63,730 nt of DNA, filler included, from Rozella allomycis CSF55 (GCA_000442015.1; 10 parts of 10 records of this genome joined end to end with filler, not necessarily neighbours in it); one strand, 5' to 3'; positions 14,020 through 27,048 are shown, counted from the first letter of the whole stretch. Program-made: numbers and translations. Notes: a model not told the origin generated them from the letters alone.

Positions 14020-15227
14020 TCAAGTACGCAGTCGATAAATTTCAGTCGATTGTTACTTTTTAAATTTAAATAGTGTTATTGACACTAATTAAAGGAAGTT
14101 GTTCGAGTCNTCGACTGAAAGTCGATTGCAACTTCAAGTAGCTGAGCCACAAAGATAAAAAAATGCCAAAAAGAAAAGCCGATGATGAGGATTATTTTGA
14201 CGAGGAAAGCCAAAACAAAAGCTTTACCTGGTCAAAACAACAGGTTGAAACTCTTCTCCACCTTCGCCTTGAGAAGTATCGAGAAGAGTTTTTAGCCTGT
14301 AAAGAAAAGAAAAGGAATCTTCAACTTTGGCAACAAATCTTAAATGAAATCAATACTTTTTACAATGTAAGTCTAACTATTAAACAAATCAAAAACAAAT
14401 TTCAACATTTAAAGAAAGTTTATCAAGGAAGAAAGGCTGATTTGTCTAAGACTGGAAATCCATTGCTGGGCCCGGAACCACCAATGTGGGAATCGCTAGT
14501 CCAATACTTTGATTGGATAAAATCTGCATTTTANTTTGAAAACGAAACATTCATTGGGGATTGTGATATTTTAACCTCATCCAATATTTCAAATATTAAT
14601 GAATCCACAAACAAATTAAAACGTGAAAAACTTGATTTACCGCGTGCCATATCGGAACTTGGAATGTCGATTCGAGATGGTTTCTTTGCTATTGGTCACG
14701 GAAGAATAAATTCGAATANTTGATGGCTGGTTTGTGGACAGATTACGTTGTAGTAAGGCATCTTTTAAACATATCGCTTCTACAATCTCGACAAATTGGT
14801 TAAAGGTAAATCAAAATATTCACTGGAATACCGTGTTTCGAATTGAAGATCAACTAGCGTTTACAATTCATTACTTTGCGCATGGTGGGTCCATTAATTC
14901 TAGTGCCCGAATTTTCGGCATGAGTCAAGCCGTAGGCATTCGTTCATACAAAAACGTTATGCGCGTGTTAAATTATTTGCTTCCTACTTTTGTTCAGATT
15001 CCTAAAACGTTTAATCAATGGTTCAAAATTATGGATGGTTTCGAAAAATTCGGAAATTTGCCAGGTGTCTGTGGAGCAATCGATGGCAGNATATCATCGT
15101 ATACTTCAACGTTCTTCTCAATCTATTCCATTTCCTCGATAACAGTGTCATCTTTTAATTGACGTAAGAAATTATGTAACACAATACAGGATTTGATAAC
15201 ATTTGACATCTCGCTTCTAGTCGTTTN
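14020..15227 (+). mobile_element. PIF/Harbinger DNA transposon remnant (Myb ORF plus DDE transposase fragments)
   Basis: ORF 14734-15089 has LRCSKASFKHI, QLAFTIHYFAHG and PGVCGAIDG (first catalytic Asp). 15091-15227 on the minus strand encodes the C-terminal IKSCIVLHNFL motif. Upstream repeated AGTCGA/CAACTTCAAGTA motifs. Confidence 0.8.
14163..14723 (+). CDS. Myb/SANT-like DNA-binding protein of a PIF/Harbinger element
   Basis: WSKQQVETLL..LR...LWQQI...LTIKQIKNKFQHLKKVY..TGN is a trihelix/MADF-type pattern; lies directly upstream of a Harbinger transposase. Confidence 0.75.
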   Translation: MPKRKADDEDYFDEESQNKSFTWSKQQVETLLHLRLEKYREEFLACKEKKRNLQLWQQILNEINTFYNVSLTIKQIKNKFQHLKKVYQGRKADLSKTGNPLLGPEPPMWESLVQYFDWIKSAFXFENETFIGDCDILTSSNISNINESTNKLKREKLDLPRAISELGMSIRDGFFAIGHGRINSNX

Positions 15228-17479
15228 TAGTGTTAAATTTCAATTAGCGTTGTTAACATGAATTACGAATTTTTGACGTCTTGAAGTTGTTCGTAATTAG
15301 TATTACTAACACTAATTACCATTGTCGGTGTAGGCACTGGCCATATTGTCGATAGAACAATATCTGCAGATGTAAAGAACAATAATTGTATCTCTTGTGC
15401 TCATAAAAAGGATGTTCGTCGGATGTATCAACTAAGACATGACAAATGTGAGACACAGTGTATATTAATGATTGTGGCCCCTTTTAGGTCTTCAGGGCCT
15501 AATTCAACAAACATTCAACTTTTGGAAAGTCATTACATTTTGTTTGTTTTGTCTATTAATGCTTGCTAGAAGACAACTTTCATACTTTTTCGGAAAGTTC
15601 ACTACAAAGTAAACCGTACACGCCCCGCCAGAATATCATCTTGGCATGTTGTCCGACGTAATATATAATATTATGAAGTTTGATTTGTTGAGAAATTAAG
15701 ACGTCACATACGATCTCTTTAAAACATTGTGGATGTATTTAAACGAAATGCGTAACTGTAGGATACCAATATTTAGCTTTGTAACTTGACATAGTGAAAT
15801 CCTGCTTTTACGTTATTCGCGCCAACATCGTAAATTTGACTTTAGGGCAAAGGAGTAAAAATTTTGATTTTAATACTGTAGCTATATATGAATTCACAAA
15901 ATCTAAAACATAGAAAAAAGAACGTTTAAAAATCTGTCAATGCTGTATTGAAATACCAAACGCAAAAATGCGCAATCATAATACAGAAAAAAATTAGTTA
16001 ACCTCTTTTTTATTCAATTATCGGTAAAAGGACCTTCTTGTTAATGGTACAGAAAACCTCAGAGAATAAATGAATGTCAAGAATTTAGAAAATTGAACCA
16101 AAGGCAAAACAATATATATTTTTCGTATCAGAATAAAGATTATACAATGCTAGTTTATTGCATTTAAGCGATATGCTTTTCATACAGAGTTTCAGAAACA
16201 GTAACAGGAAAGGTGTCTGTGGCATCAATGTCAGTCAATGCATCCCGGCATCACCAACGTACGCGAATATTTTTTTTCGTAGAAATTGCAAGCACTATGA
16301 GGAGACTATCCTAGAAAGAAGAGAATAGAACCTTTCGGAATCTTAAAGACCGGAATTTAAAGTCGATTCATTTAGACTTCCTATAGATATATACACACAA
16401 GTGTTTATTCTTAAGCAATAATTGCGGCAAACGGAAAATGGTCGGCGTACTCTTCAATTCTGTCCAAATGATTGTCCGTATGGATAGTCTGTGTCTAACA
16501 TCCATCCGCAGACATTAAGCAGGGTTTCCAATAAAATCTTTTACAAGAGCGAATTATTTGGACGGCGAATCCGGAAATAATTTTCTGCTTGATTTCGTTT
16601 AGAAGTGAACGTATTCCAGAAGCGACAACTAGCACTGAGTTGGAAGGCAATTGCGGAAGTTTGACAAATGCTATCCCAAGATATATTGGAATCGCGAATA
16701 CCGATAAAATATATTCAGGGAGTAGTCCATTATTCTCGTTCTTGAACAACACAAATACGTGAAAGATGTTTTTTGCCTTTAGGCGACGTTCCCATGCGTG
16801 CGTTTGGGTGCCTTGTTACAGGAGGTCGGATTTCATTTTGTGACGCTATTTTCGCCAGTCGTTCTTTCTCCAGATGATTTGGGCAAGTCCGTTTTACGCA
16901 TAATCTCTACAGCGCTGAATTTTAGGTTTTCATTTGTCTTTTGTGTAAGTCATAAAAACAAGACAAGGGTTAATATTTTCATCCCAATTATGTAATCGGT
17001 TAAATAAACCGAAAAACAACAACTGTGTAGGTTAACAACAACAGATTCTAAAATACAAAATAAACCTCTATAGCCGGATTGTCTAGCTTGAGCAGACGAT
17101 TGAGCGTGGTGACCCCTAACGTTACCCAACCGATTGAGGTAAAAAAATAAAAACAACGTTTGTTCGTACTAAGCACAAACGTTCGCATTGTTCCCATTCA
17201 AAAATACACGCCCTTGAAATATGTAGAGAAGTCACCGCAGGAGCACCCGCCAGTCGTTGCCCAGCCGATTGAAGTGAAACCATTGTGAAAATAGTAGTCA
17301 CAATGTAGTAAAGCTTTTCTGAAAATACGGTTTGTGAAGATTGATATTAGGAAAATTGTAAATTTGTGAAATGGAAAACAAATCTTTACTTTTTGTGTTT
17401 TAAAGTTCCCAAATGTATTTGTATGCGCTTCTAGATCTATCTTTTATTGTTTCAAAGATGATTTGCATATCCTTGTAAA

Positions 17480-19050
17480 ACATCAGGGCTAGACTTGCCT
17501 TTGTGAATACTTTATGTTTCAGTCAATGATTGTAATCGGTTTATAAACTGTAAAAAGTCAAAGACTATTTGTTAGGTCAAATTCGCGCTTGTGGAAACTT
17601 GTCTCAACCAAGTTTGCGTTTAGTAATAAGTTCTGAGATTTCTTCCGGTGGTGCGCAAAGATTTTAATTAAGGGAGGTTGGTATACTAGAGGGCTTAGTT
17701 GGAGTTATTTCAGTAATCGCCTTAGGCGGGACATATTTATTTTTTCATTCATCAATTGTATTAATCTTGGCTTCTAACGCATCAAAGAGTTCATTCACTT
17801 CTCTCTTAATATTACGATCCATAAATTAAGTCATGTTGGTGATGTAAAAATCGTCAACAGAATACAACTCGCTTCCAGCTATTTGCCGAAAAGGCAGTTA
17901 GTGCATATAATGCGAGTTTGCGACACCAATATGCCGATTTAATCCTATCCAAATATCATTTGGTGTAACGCCTAATTCCAGCAGGTCACGACAGCAATTT
18001 GAACGTCCCACATGATAGGCTTTAGTAAAGTTTTGCACAGCCTTTGACAGTGCGTTGCTAGTTCTTGATCATATTTGGAAGAGATATAGGTTGTGAAATG
18101 ACTCGGTCAGGACAGATATTAATGGATTAAATAAATGCCAGGTTTGTCCAGTCGTTCAATTCATTGATTTTGTTTAAATATTAATGTACAAGCAGGAACA
18201 AATAGAGTAAAGCCCGGACACGGGGCTCTTTGTGAAACAGGTTCTTTACGTGTTTTTTGATTCATCGTTTTGCTGTCGCATATAATTGCTAAAACACCAT
18301 CATATGTTGACCGTTGTCTTTCAATACGTTTGGTTATATTGTAAGATTTTTATTGAACGCAAACAGCTCCAAGTGTATCTTTTGAACATCTTTCAACCCG
18401 GCTAAAATACTTAAAAATGGACATATGAGAAAGAAAGGGACCTCGATAGATGTAATCTAATAATTTGTTAAATTGAGATTGAAAATTAATCCAAATATTA
18501 GAATGATCATCATTGATTGTAACCATATATTGTTTATTTGTAGTGGAAAATAGTTGATATATACAAGCTAAAAATATTCTCCCATGTACAAGTTTTTAAT
18601 GGACACTTAAATCATCTTAAATCCATTAAGTAGGAATGCAACTGTGGCATTAGAAATTTGCTGTTGTGATGTCAAAGCATATAAAGCACTGCGTAAGATA
18701 TAACCTTATTTATTAGGCGATAACCAATTTTCTCCAGATTTCATTTTTGAAGACGATGTTGAGTAGATCCCCATACAGATACTGATGTCTGTTCATGATG
18801 TAAAAGATACCTCATATAATATAGTGATTTAGTAAGCCCCAAACGCCAGAAACGAAAGTACGACCAGCTGAATTGCAAGATAGTTGTGATGAAATTTGGA
18901 GTTTAGTTTCGGCGACTCAATGATCTGAAAGTTTCAAATGGAGTAATGCTTCTTTTTTGACATGTCAATTGATGTGATATCTCTGAGGAGCATTCATACG
19001 AGAAAGAGAATTTTGTAAATTTGTTTCACAACGCTCTTTCATGTGTGTCA
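17480..19050 (-). pseudogene. Degenerate Crypton/Ndc10-like tyrosine recombinase remnant
   Basis: Manual minus-strand translation with stops and frameshifts: SALYALTSQQ; VLAIICDSKTMNQK..HKEP..VRALLYLFLLVH (18183-18300); TKAYHVGR..ELGV..I...N....ANSHYMH*LP (17890-18030), giving the HxxR and catalytic Tyr spacing. Confidence 0.55.
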
Positions 19051-19385
19051 TTGAATTATTTGTAATAAATAGAGAAAAGTTTACCAAGTAGGAATCTATA
19101 ATGTGGAATTATGAACTTCGTTTTAAGTAATACAATCTGCACATATTTATGCTACGATACGTGAGGAGGTAAAACATACCAAGATCCTAAATTATATTTC
19201 GTTTTGACGCTGACAACGTTCAATATTTTTTTGTAAATGATTGTTTTGGTCTGGATCTAGCATGAAAACATTGATCGCATATATAATATAATGTATTTTG
19301 AAAACTTCATCAGATTACATCTTCCTAAATGATTACATCTTCCTAAATTAAGAGTCTGGATCGGGATATCCGGCTAAAACTTTTA

Positions 19386-19490
19386 CCACCCGGGGTGCTT
19401 AAACACCCCCGGTTGGATTTGCGCGTATTTAAGTGAATGTGATTGGATGATGCTGCGCTGCGCCGTAATAACATATGCCATGTTATTTTC
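19386..19490. repeat. Dispersed GC-rich hairpin plus TGATTGG motif block (copy A; copy B at 59806-59910)
   Basis: CACCCGGGGTG-loop-CACCCC(C/T)GG ... TGATTGG..GATGCTG(C/G)GCTGCGCC shared by both loci. Confidence 0.6.
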
Positions 19491-19952
19491 AACGCGGGGC
19501 CTTTTTCAACTTAGAAAAAAATTAATGTCTATTGTCAAAAATAGAATATCGTGAAAAGTAATATATATAATCTCTACATTGGAAATTTATGAAACATTAC
19601 GAAATAATCTAGAGATTTCACCATGGGTTTTAAAGCCTTTGGACAATCAATTTGTTAACATTTTTGAAAAGATTAAAATCAATGAAAATATTATAGAGCG
19701 ATTTATATCTTGCTGAAACGGGGATCACATCCTGAAAGATTTTGAATATCCCTGGAATATTTGGGAATTTAATAATTAAGTTAGAAATTCAAGGAGATTT
19801 TTAATGACGAATTCAGGATTGATGAAATCAATATTAGTTCATGAAGGTGAAACTTATCATTCAATGCAAGAAATTAATATATCAACTTCAAAAAATCTGG
19901 TAAGGAATTTGGTCGAGTGGGACCAATTCTTATTACTCTCAGTTATTATGGN

Positions 19953-20235
19953 TCATAGATAAAACCGATACCCCATACTTGCCCTTAATTAAAAAAGTTT
20001 GTTTCTAGGGTTGTCCTCATAGTCATAGATCGCATATGTTTCATTAGCTCCGAGTTCGCAGGCCAGTCGAGGGTTTGCGCTTCACTCGCTTTCACAATTC
20101 ACATTGAAAAAGTGTTTTTTATAGACTATTTCCCTGAGGATAAGACGAGATAAGCAACTAACAAAGCGAAACATTGTGTACTGACTATTTTATCCACATC
20201 CAAAACTCAGACGACAACGTATAAGCATTCAAATG
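19953..20235 (-). mobile_element. Partial copy of the non-autonomous Helitron-like repeat family
   Basis: CATAGATAAAACCGATAC, CCATACTTGC, GTTTCTAGGGTTGTC, GCTTCACTCGCTTTCAC and TTTATAGACTATT match the copies at 51.6-52.2, 55.3-56.4 and 57.6-58.6 kb. Confidence 0.75.
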
Positions 20236-20595
20236 GAGTAACTTAATTATACAAAAGCCATTCGTTAACATAGATCTTGAAGGAGATTACTCATTTTAAT
20301 TATTTAGTCTTCTATTTTTATAACATATGCAATTCATTATTTACAAGCTGTTTACTTGTTTCTTCTCGACACGGAAGATTTCATGAACCTTCGTGGAAAA
20401 CAAATTTTGTACTATATTCATGAAGCCTTCAAGAAAAATTTGTCGGAGAATCAGGTCATTGCCTTGATCTGCTCAGAAAATTTAANTTATTTTATTACCC
20501 ATTAAAATATCAATTATTACAAATGCTTTCACATGAAAAAATATCCATCGAAACCTTTCTTATTTTGTCTCATTAATCCCCGATCTCAAATCACA

Positions 20596-21502
20596 ATGCG
20601 TCAAGCTTCTCCCGACAACAAAAATCAACAAAATAAAGAACCTCAAGTTGCTGCACGGTGGAATGGACCCGGGCCAGCTGCTTACACATTGCCAAGCGCT
20701 ATAGGAGAAAGTCCCGTATGGAAAAGAGCTCCAGCAGTTTCTGTTGCCGGACGATGGAAAGCTTTAAAAAGTATGACAAAGTAACAAATTAGACTTAGCC
20801 GACTCTACTCCAGGCCCAAATTCCTTTTTCCCAAGAACCACTCGTATCGGATCAGTGAGAGGACCAGCTTTCTCAATACAAGGTCGCGTGAAGAATAACT
20901 TTGACGAAAAAAGTACATATGTTTTTATACTTTATTCAAGATGAAAACCCAGGACCGAGCAATTATTATCCAATTTTGCGATTCGCTAAAAGCGCACCTC
21001 CAGCTTTCACGATCAGTGGAAGATCAACTGTTACTCATCGTACATATTTTTCTTCTAATGTAAAAAAGTAAGCACAAATCCTGGGCCTTCTCAATATAAT
21101 ATACCTTCGTCAATTGGCGGTGACCAATTCTTTGTGAAAAACGCGTCTCCAAAATTCACCATGGCACCAAATAGAGGTCAAAAATGTAAAATTGTTCAAC
21201 TTGATTCATTTTAGCTGGAAACAATCCATCGCCAGGGCCTGCCGCATATTCTGCAAATGAAGTTCGGGTAAATAAACCTAGCATTCCCGCTTATTCTCTG
21301 TCTGGAAGATACGTGAAAGGTTAGATATTTGGATATATGTTGATCAGATTATGTAAACGAAGTTCCTGGACCAAATCTCTACATGCCCAAAATCGGTTTC
21401 ACACATCCAGCAACTCCACGGTTTTCTTTTCGTAGCAAACATTCTCCATACATGGCTTTTGTCCCAGATGCTGAAAATGGAGATCATTTAGACTTTAATT
21501 AA
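20596..21502 (+). CDS. ODF3/SHIPPO-repeat (STPG) axonemal protein, multi-exon
   Basis: Six PGP repeats (GPGPAAY, TPGPNSF, NPGPSNY, NPGPSQY, SPGPAAY, SPGPNLY), each followed by PAFS/PAFT-like segments; ends FSFRSKHSPYM. Confidence 0.85.
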
Positions 21503-21559
21503 AACATGAAATCAAATAGAAATTAAAATTGTTTATCTTATTCGTTTTTATTCTACTTT

Positions 21560-23461
21560 CTAGGCAAGATTGAGAATCAAGGTTCTTAAGAATATTTGCT
21601 CGTATTTGGTGTTGTTAAATATAACTTGGGGATTATCTGAAGGACACCGAAGAAAATTAGGCGCGAAAACCATAGCAATATTTTGGACAGTCATTTTGGT
21701 AAAAGGTTGGTTATCTGGATGAGCAATTACCTTTTTAATCATTGAAACAAAAATTACTTGTAAAAATTTAACAGTGTACTGAATAACATTTCTATTGTAC
21801 TCAGGAAGTTGTTGCAGTAATAGCATGACTCGTTCGACGTTTTCTGGATCTTCAATACATGCCTCATAAGCTTCTGAAGGAATTAAGGGCTCAGCCAGGT
21901 CGCGCAACCAAAGTTTTAGTAAAGCGGCGGGAATATTCGGATCTTGAATATCTTTCAAATCATACCGATCATTTTCAATCCTAAGCTTCAATTCAGAAAC
22001 TTTCTCAGAATCAGCTGGCACTCTAAAAATTCCTTCAGACTTTTGTCCTCCCAAATTTAAGACGGCTTCAGTTAGAAATGGCAAGATCCGTGGAACTTTA
22101 AGATCCGGGAAGGAGTTCTTTTGCATGCCCATAATATCCTCTAGTGTCTCTCCGAATACAGATGGATTAAGAGGAGATTCCTATAGCCTTAAAACACGCT
22201 TTTTTACCCTAATTCTTTCTATTTCTGGTATCGTCAAATGCTTCCCCCTTGGACCTGTGCGACAAATTCGTTCCAACTTTTTCAATGCAAAGCGACAAAA
22301 TGTTGCAATCTTCTCATCGTTAAATTCATATATTCTTGATTGGATAAATGATTTCAAGTATTCTTCAAAATTTTTAGAAGGTGGAAACCCTGTACTCAAA
22401 ACACACATTAGCTCCCATCCTTTATATATCGATAGGCTAAAATTTAAAACTCGGCGATTATTTACATATTCGGGTTCTTTGTAAGTTGTTTACAAAGCTG
22501 GACATAAATTTCATCCCTCAACTCACCCCTGTTAATCCCCTTTTCCAAAAGAAACGACATTGCTTCCGGTATGTTCAATCCTTTATTTGGTCTATCTCCC
22601 ATTATAGTTTGTATGATTTTGAAACATTTAATGGCATCTTTATGTAGTTCTCTCCGCATTGACATCAATGGAGAGCCGATGGAATCCTAACACATTTTTT
22701 GGAATGCTTTACTTTCTCAAACATAAGCATTTGTTCGACTGGTACTTTCCTTCTAAAAATACCGCGTTTGTGTGTCGCAAAAAACTTTTTCGCAAAACCA
22801 TCGATCATGAACTGGTTTATTTCGGTCTTTAAATCATCAGGCAACGATCTATTGCTAAAAATGAAGGAATTAATTTGTTATTTACCTTGATTCAGAAAAT
22901 GGCCTTTCAAATCCTTTCATTACCACTTAATCAAATATGTAATGCATGATTACTTTTCGAAACAGATATCGGCGCGCTTATTGTTATTCTTTCTCCATTG
23001 GAAAGCTCCCTTACATCTTGTGCAATGGTTGGGGGTACGATATCTGACATTTGCATCACATCAAATTCGTTCAAAATTGAGGGTGTAGAACCCTTTTCTG
23101 ATTTAATTTCTTCACAGTTGTTTTGTATGTCCATATTATTATTTGCCAGTGCTTTCTACGCTCTTAATTACGCGAAAAATATACTTGAATAACAATAAGT
23201 GGAATAACGTCCACGCCGATTGGTTTTAACCATTCGGTTTTTCCGCTTTTGGTATGGTAGTAATACGGTAAACCGTGTTTATCATCAAATAGTTCCCACC
23301 ATTCGTTTTCTTCGTCCCTTGGTTTTCTATCTTGATAATAATGTAATCTCAAATTACACATTTAATGGGCGCTTCCAACTACAATCACCTGTTATTGGAT
23401 TAGCATAAAATGTTGCTTTTGACTTTGGATCTGTTAATTCCACCCATTCATTCGTATCCAT
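21560..23461 (-). CDS. ARHGAP39: WW + MyTH4 + RhoGAP protein (ARHGAP39/Vilse-like), multi-exon
   Basis: Two WW domains (EWVELTDP..FYAN, WWELFD..PYYYH), MyTH4 (LRDEIYVQLCKQLT, GFPPSKNF) and RhoGAP (EGIFRVP, LLKLWLRDL, NIAMVFAPNFLR). Confidence 0.9.
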
Positions 23462-23728
23462 TCCAAAGTGGGATGTGGCTAAGTGTTAATCAACATAGAA
23501 ATAGAATAAAAATAACCACGTTTACGTCTTATTTTCAATTCAAAACTGAAACATTAACACTCGATTTTAATGTTGGAAGAATATCGCTTTCTTAAGAGAT
23601 ATCATGTTTCACCGCATTGTTAGAACTTAGAAGATAGAATCTAATGCAATAAATGGTCACTTAAGTCCATCGCTGATAATTGCTACAGAAGTATAAAATT
23701 TTAGGTTTATTAAGTTCTTTAATTATTA

Positions 23729-23995
23729 TTAAACTATTGTCAAAGTTTCGATTGGAAAGTCACTTGTGGAAGTAGTCGTTGAAGATGGTTCCGCACTTGT
23801 GGTGGTCAATGTAATTGACGTAGAAACAATGGTTGGATTAATTGTACTTGTAGAGCTAAAAACTGTTGTGGTAGCAGTTGTTGGTGTAGATGGCAATCTT
23901 GTAGATGATGGCACTTGCTTGGAAGTAAAGTAACCACATTTTTTGGAATTTACGATGGTTAACGCGATTGTTAGAAGGTAAACGATGCTCTTCAT
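23729..23995 (-). CDS. Small secreted Thr/Ser-rich (mucin-like) protein
   Basis: Signal-like MKSIVYLLTIALTIVNS followed by a Thr/Ser/Pro-rich 70-aa body. Confidence 0.55.
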   Translation of the reverse strand: MKSIVYLLTIALTIVNSKKCGYFTSKQVPSSTRLPSTPTTATTTVFSSTSTINPTIVSTSITLTTTSAEPSSTTTSTSDFPIETLTIV

Positions 23996-24085
23996 TCGGC
24001 TAGGGTTTGTTTGTTTTGTTTTGCCCTTTAAACACCCCCAATCTTCCTACTTTTGGTAAACCCCAAAAATGTAAATAAACAAACT

Positions 24086-24982
24086 TTATTTATGCTTAGA
24101 CAGAAATGAAGAAGTAAAATTAGTAATTTTTTGTGGGACAAGAAAGATTCTAATTCTTGGATTTTGAAAAGTCGTATGAGCTTTAGATTGCATTGTCATA
24201 ATAACATACTTTTTCATTCATATTAATTTTTATACTAATGGGAATAAAAAAGCATTAATTCCTGTTATTAGGTTATTGGAGACTACAAATCCGAGAGCCA
24301 TTGAGAGAAACCCGAACCCAAAAAAATAGGGCAACCGATTTTCAATGTATGCAATTCGACTACTGAATCCCCATCCCAAAGATATCCATTTGCAGCTAAA
24401 AATTATTGTTTCATTCATTTACTCGAATGAATACAGAGAATAAAGTAATGCTATAAAGACATTGCCAATAATGGATGCATGTTATTCAAAATAATTCGTC
24501 TTACCAATAACGGGTATTTTTACAATGATCAGGTAAAAAATATAACAATTGAAATAAAATATGGATCGATAAATCTCGCTGGCAATCGTTTCGACTGCGG
24601 TTCTTTGAACTTTTGCTTTGTCTATCTTTTTCTCGAAAAACTGTACAACGTCCTCGACTATATCTTGATACCAAAAATTGTTTATAATAAATGCAATGAA
24701 ATTTAGAGGGGTAAATATCAGTTTCAAAAGTAAGTTCCTCTTATTTCATTACTGTTATATAGATATTATGTAAGAAGTATTTTTGAAATATGGAATTGAC
24801 TATTTCTGCGGCAACGTAGACAGCAATGTTTACGATGAAACATTTTAGCAACCTATTTTGTACCCTTGGCAATCTAATAAAAAAACAAGTCATAATTACC
24901 TATACACGATTGAAATAGCAAAAGGGTAGGATAATGAATCCAGAAGGCCAACATAGATGGATGAAAACCATGACTTTATCAT
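24086..24982 (-). CDS. EI24: EI24 (etoposide-induced 2.4) family membrane protein, multi-exon
   Basis: INNFWYQDI; LYSLYSFE-KWISLGW....IAYIENRLPYFFGFG; FLFPL. Confidence 0.8.
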
Positions 24983-25530
24983 TACTTGTTTCCAGAAATT
25001 TCAGTAATATTGCTTGGAAGGGTAAAACCCTAAAATAACTTTAATTCAAAAATCAACTGATATTGAAGGTCGATACTTCATTGCACAGCACTATTGATGA
25101 CTTCATGTTTAATACACTGGACATCCGCGATGAGAATATGTCATGAATTCCATGCCAATTGACACCATATATTTTATAGTATAGTTATTAGTTTCTTAAT
25201 TATAAGAATAGAGAATGAGATATTTGACACCAATCATTTTTCTGGATTACTTTGAATTTTCTATGAATAAAATTGTCTGCCTAATATTAGGCTTTAGCCG
25301 ATAATGAAAATTTGAATTATTGACACTTGATTCTTGACAAAGTCAACGCCCAATTTATGTTAAATGAGTCCTATTATATCTTATTGTGGTTATTAAGTGG
25401 CATTTCGGTGACTAACTTTTTAAGTAGGAGCTTATAATTGTCATTTAAATATGGCAAAATTCATCAGAGTCTACTACAAAAGCTTGTTTTACATCTTTGT
25501 TTATTTACGTTTCAAATTGCACACTATAGA

Positions 25531-26852
25531 ATGATGACCAGTGTCTCCAAAGAAGCATCTGCACAAAACGGAAATTCTTTTAACAATATAAATGGCATGA
25601 ACTCATTAGATGGTACATGCACATATGACTATTTGGATACCATAAATTATTCATGTAATTCACAATTGAAATTGTAAATAGTGAATAATTTAGATGCTAG
25701 AAATGTAACAAACGAGTCAATGGTTGGTGATTGGGGACAACAAATTCCACTTAACTCGATCGGAGTTAATTCGGTTCATGTCAGCAAGAAAATCAGCCTT
25801 TACAAAACGGAGCTTTGTAGAACGTTTGAAGAGACTGGCTTTTGTAGGTATGGTACAAAATGCCAATTCGCGCATGATATGTCTGAGCTTAGATCTGTAG
25901 CAAGGCATCCACGTTACAAAACTGAAATTTGTAAGACATTCTGGGAACAAGGAAATTGCCCGTACGGGAAAAGATGCTGTTTTATACATACGGAAAGGCC
26001 AGCTCATTTACCGTCAACAACCACCATAGCTGAATATAAAGAAATGAAAGCCAAAGAAAACGACGAGATTTCCTTTCCAAGGAGAATGTCCATCGCTAGT
26101 GCCACTCATTCTGAGTTTATTAATGAAAGTAAATACAATAGGATTTATATATTAGGCGATCCTAATAAAAGTAATTCCACGGAACAAATACAAAGAAGGA
26201 AATCATTTGTCTGGCCATTAAATACCAAAAACACTGGTATCATGGATAGAGTGACTGAGCTATTACCATTTCGTCAAGAAGATGTAGATTTTATCAATCA
26301 AGCCTATCCAAAGCGCACCGGGATTGAAAAAGACATTTCAACATTAAGCGCGTATTCATGCATCAACAAATCATACAACTTTCCCTCAAATTCTCCCAAG
26401 CCAATCAATAATAGCATTGAGGATTCACAGCCTCTTCGACCAAGAAGTTTTTCTATACATGAAGAGAATAATTGTGGAGGAGAAAAAATATATTTACCGA
26501 ACAGGCATCATTCAATGTCACTTCCAAGCTCAGAGAAACCGCGCTTTGATTTAAATCCAGCTTCTTCTATTGAATTATCAGAATTACTTGACAAAAAATT
26601 AACTGTTGATGATAATGAGTTGACCCAATGTGAAATGCTAAAGGTAGTTATATTTATAATTTTAGATAGGATGAAGTGATTGAGCTGCCCGAGAGTCTTA
26701 TGGAGCTCTCAGTTCAAAGAACAAGACGTGGCTCATCTTTGACAGGTTTGCATTTTGTGAAATCAATATCAAGCACAGGAAATGAGGACACAGAGATTGA
26801 TTTTCCTAATCTTGATTACTTTTCAGGACTTAATGAAAAAACCTTTAATTAA
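25531..26852 (+). CDS. Tristetraprolin-family tandem CCCH zinc-finger mRNA-decay protein
   Basis: [25 protein letters not shown] and [25 protein letters not shown] in tandem. Confidence 0.93.
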
Positions 26853-27048
26853 TAGTTGTACAGTATTAAAGCAATAAAGTATATATTAAACATAAGTCAT
26901 CAACTTAATGGGCAATTTCTTAGTTATACTATTCCAGATTTCTCAAGCTGAGAAATGCTTAAATAATAGAGTATGATCAGCGATTTATTTAACTTTTCTT
27001 TAAAACATGAATTGGTAAATTTCTGTAACATCAAGAAGTGGACACAAT

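Noticed and set aside
17190-17270. HDV-ribozyme-like words CGGCTGGGCAAC ... GAATGGGA on the minus strand
   Set aside because: No upstream strand able to form P1, P2 or P3; the pseudoknot cannot be built.
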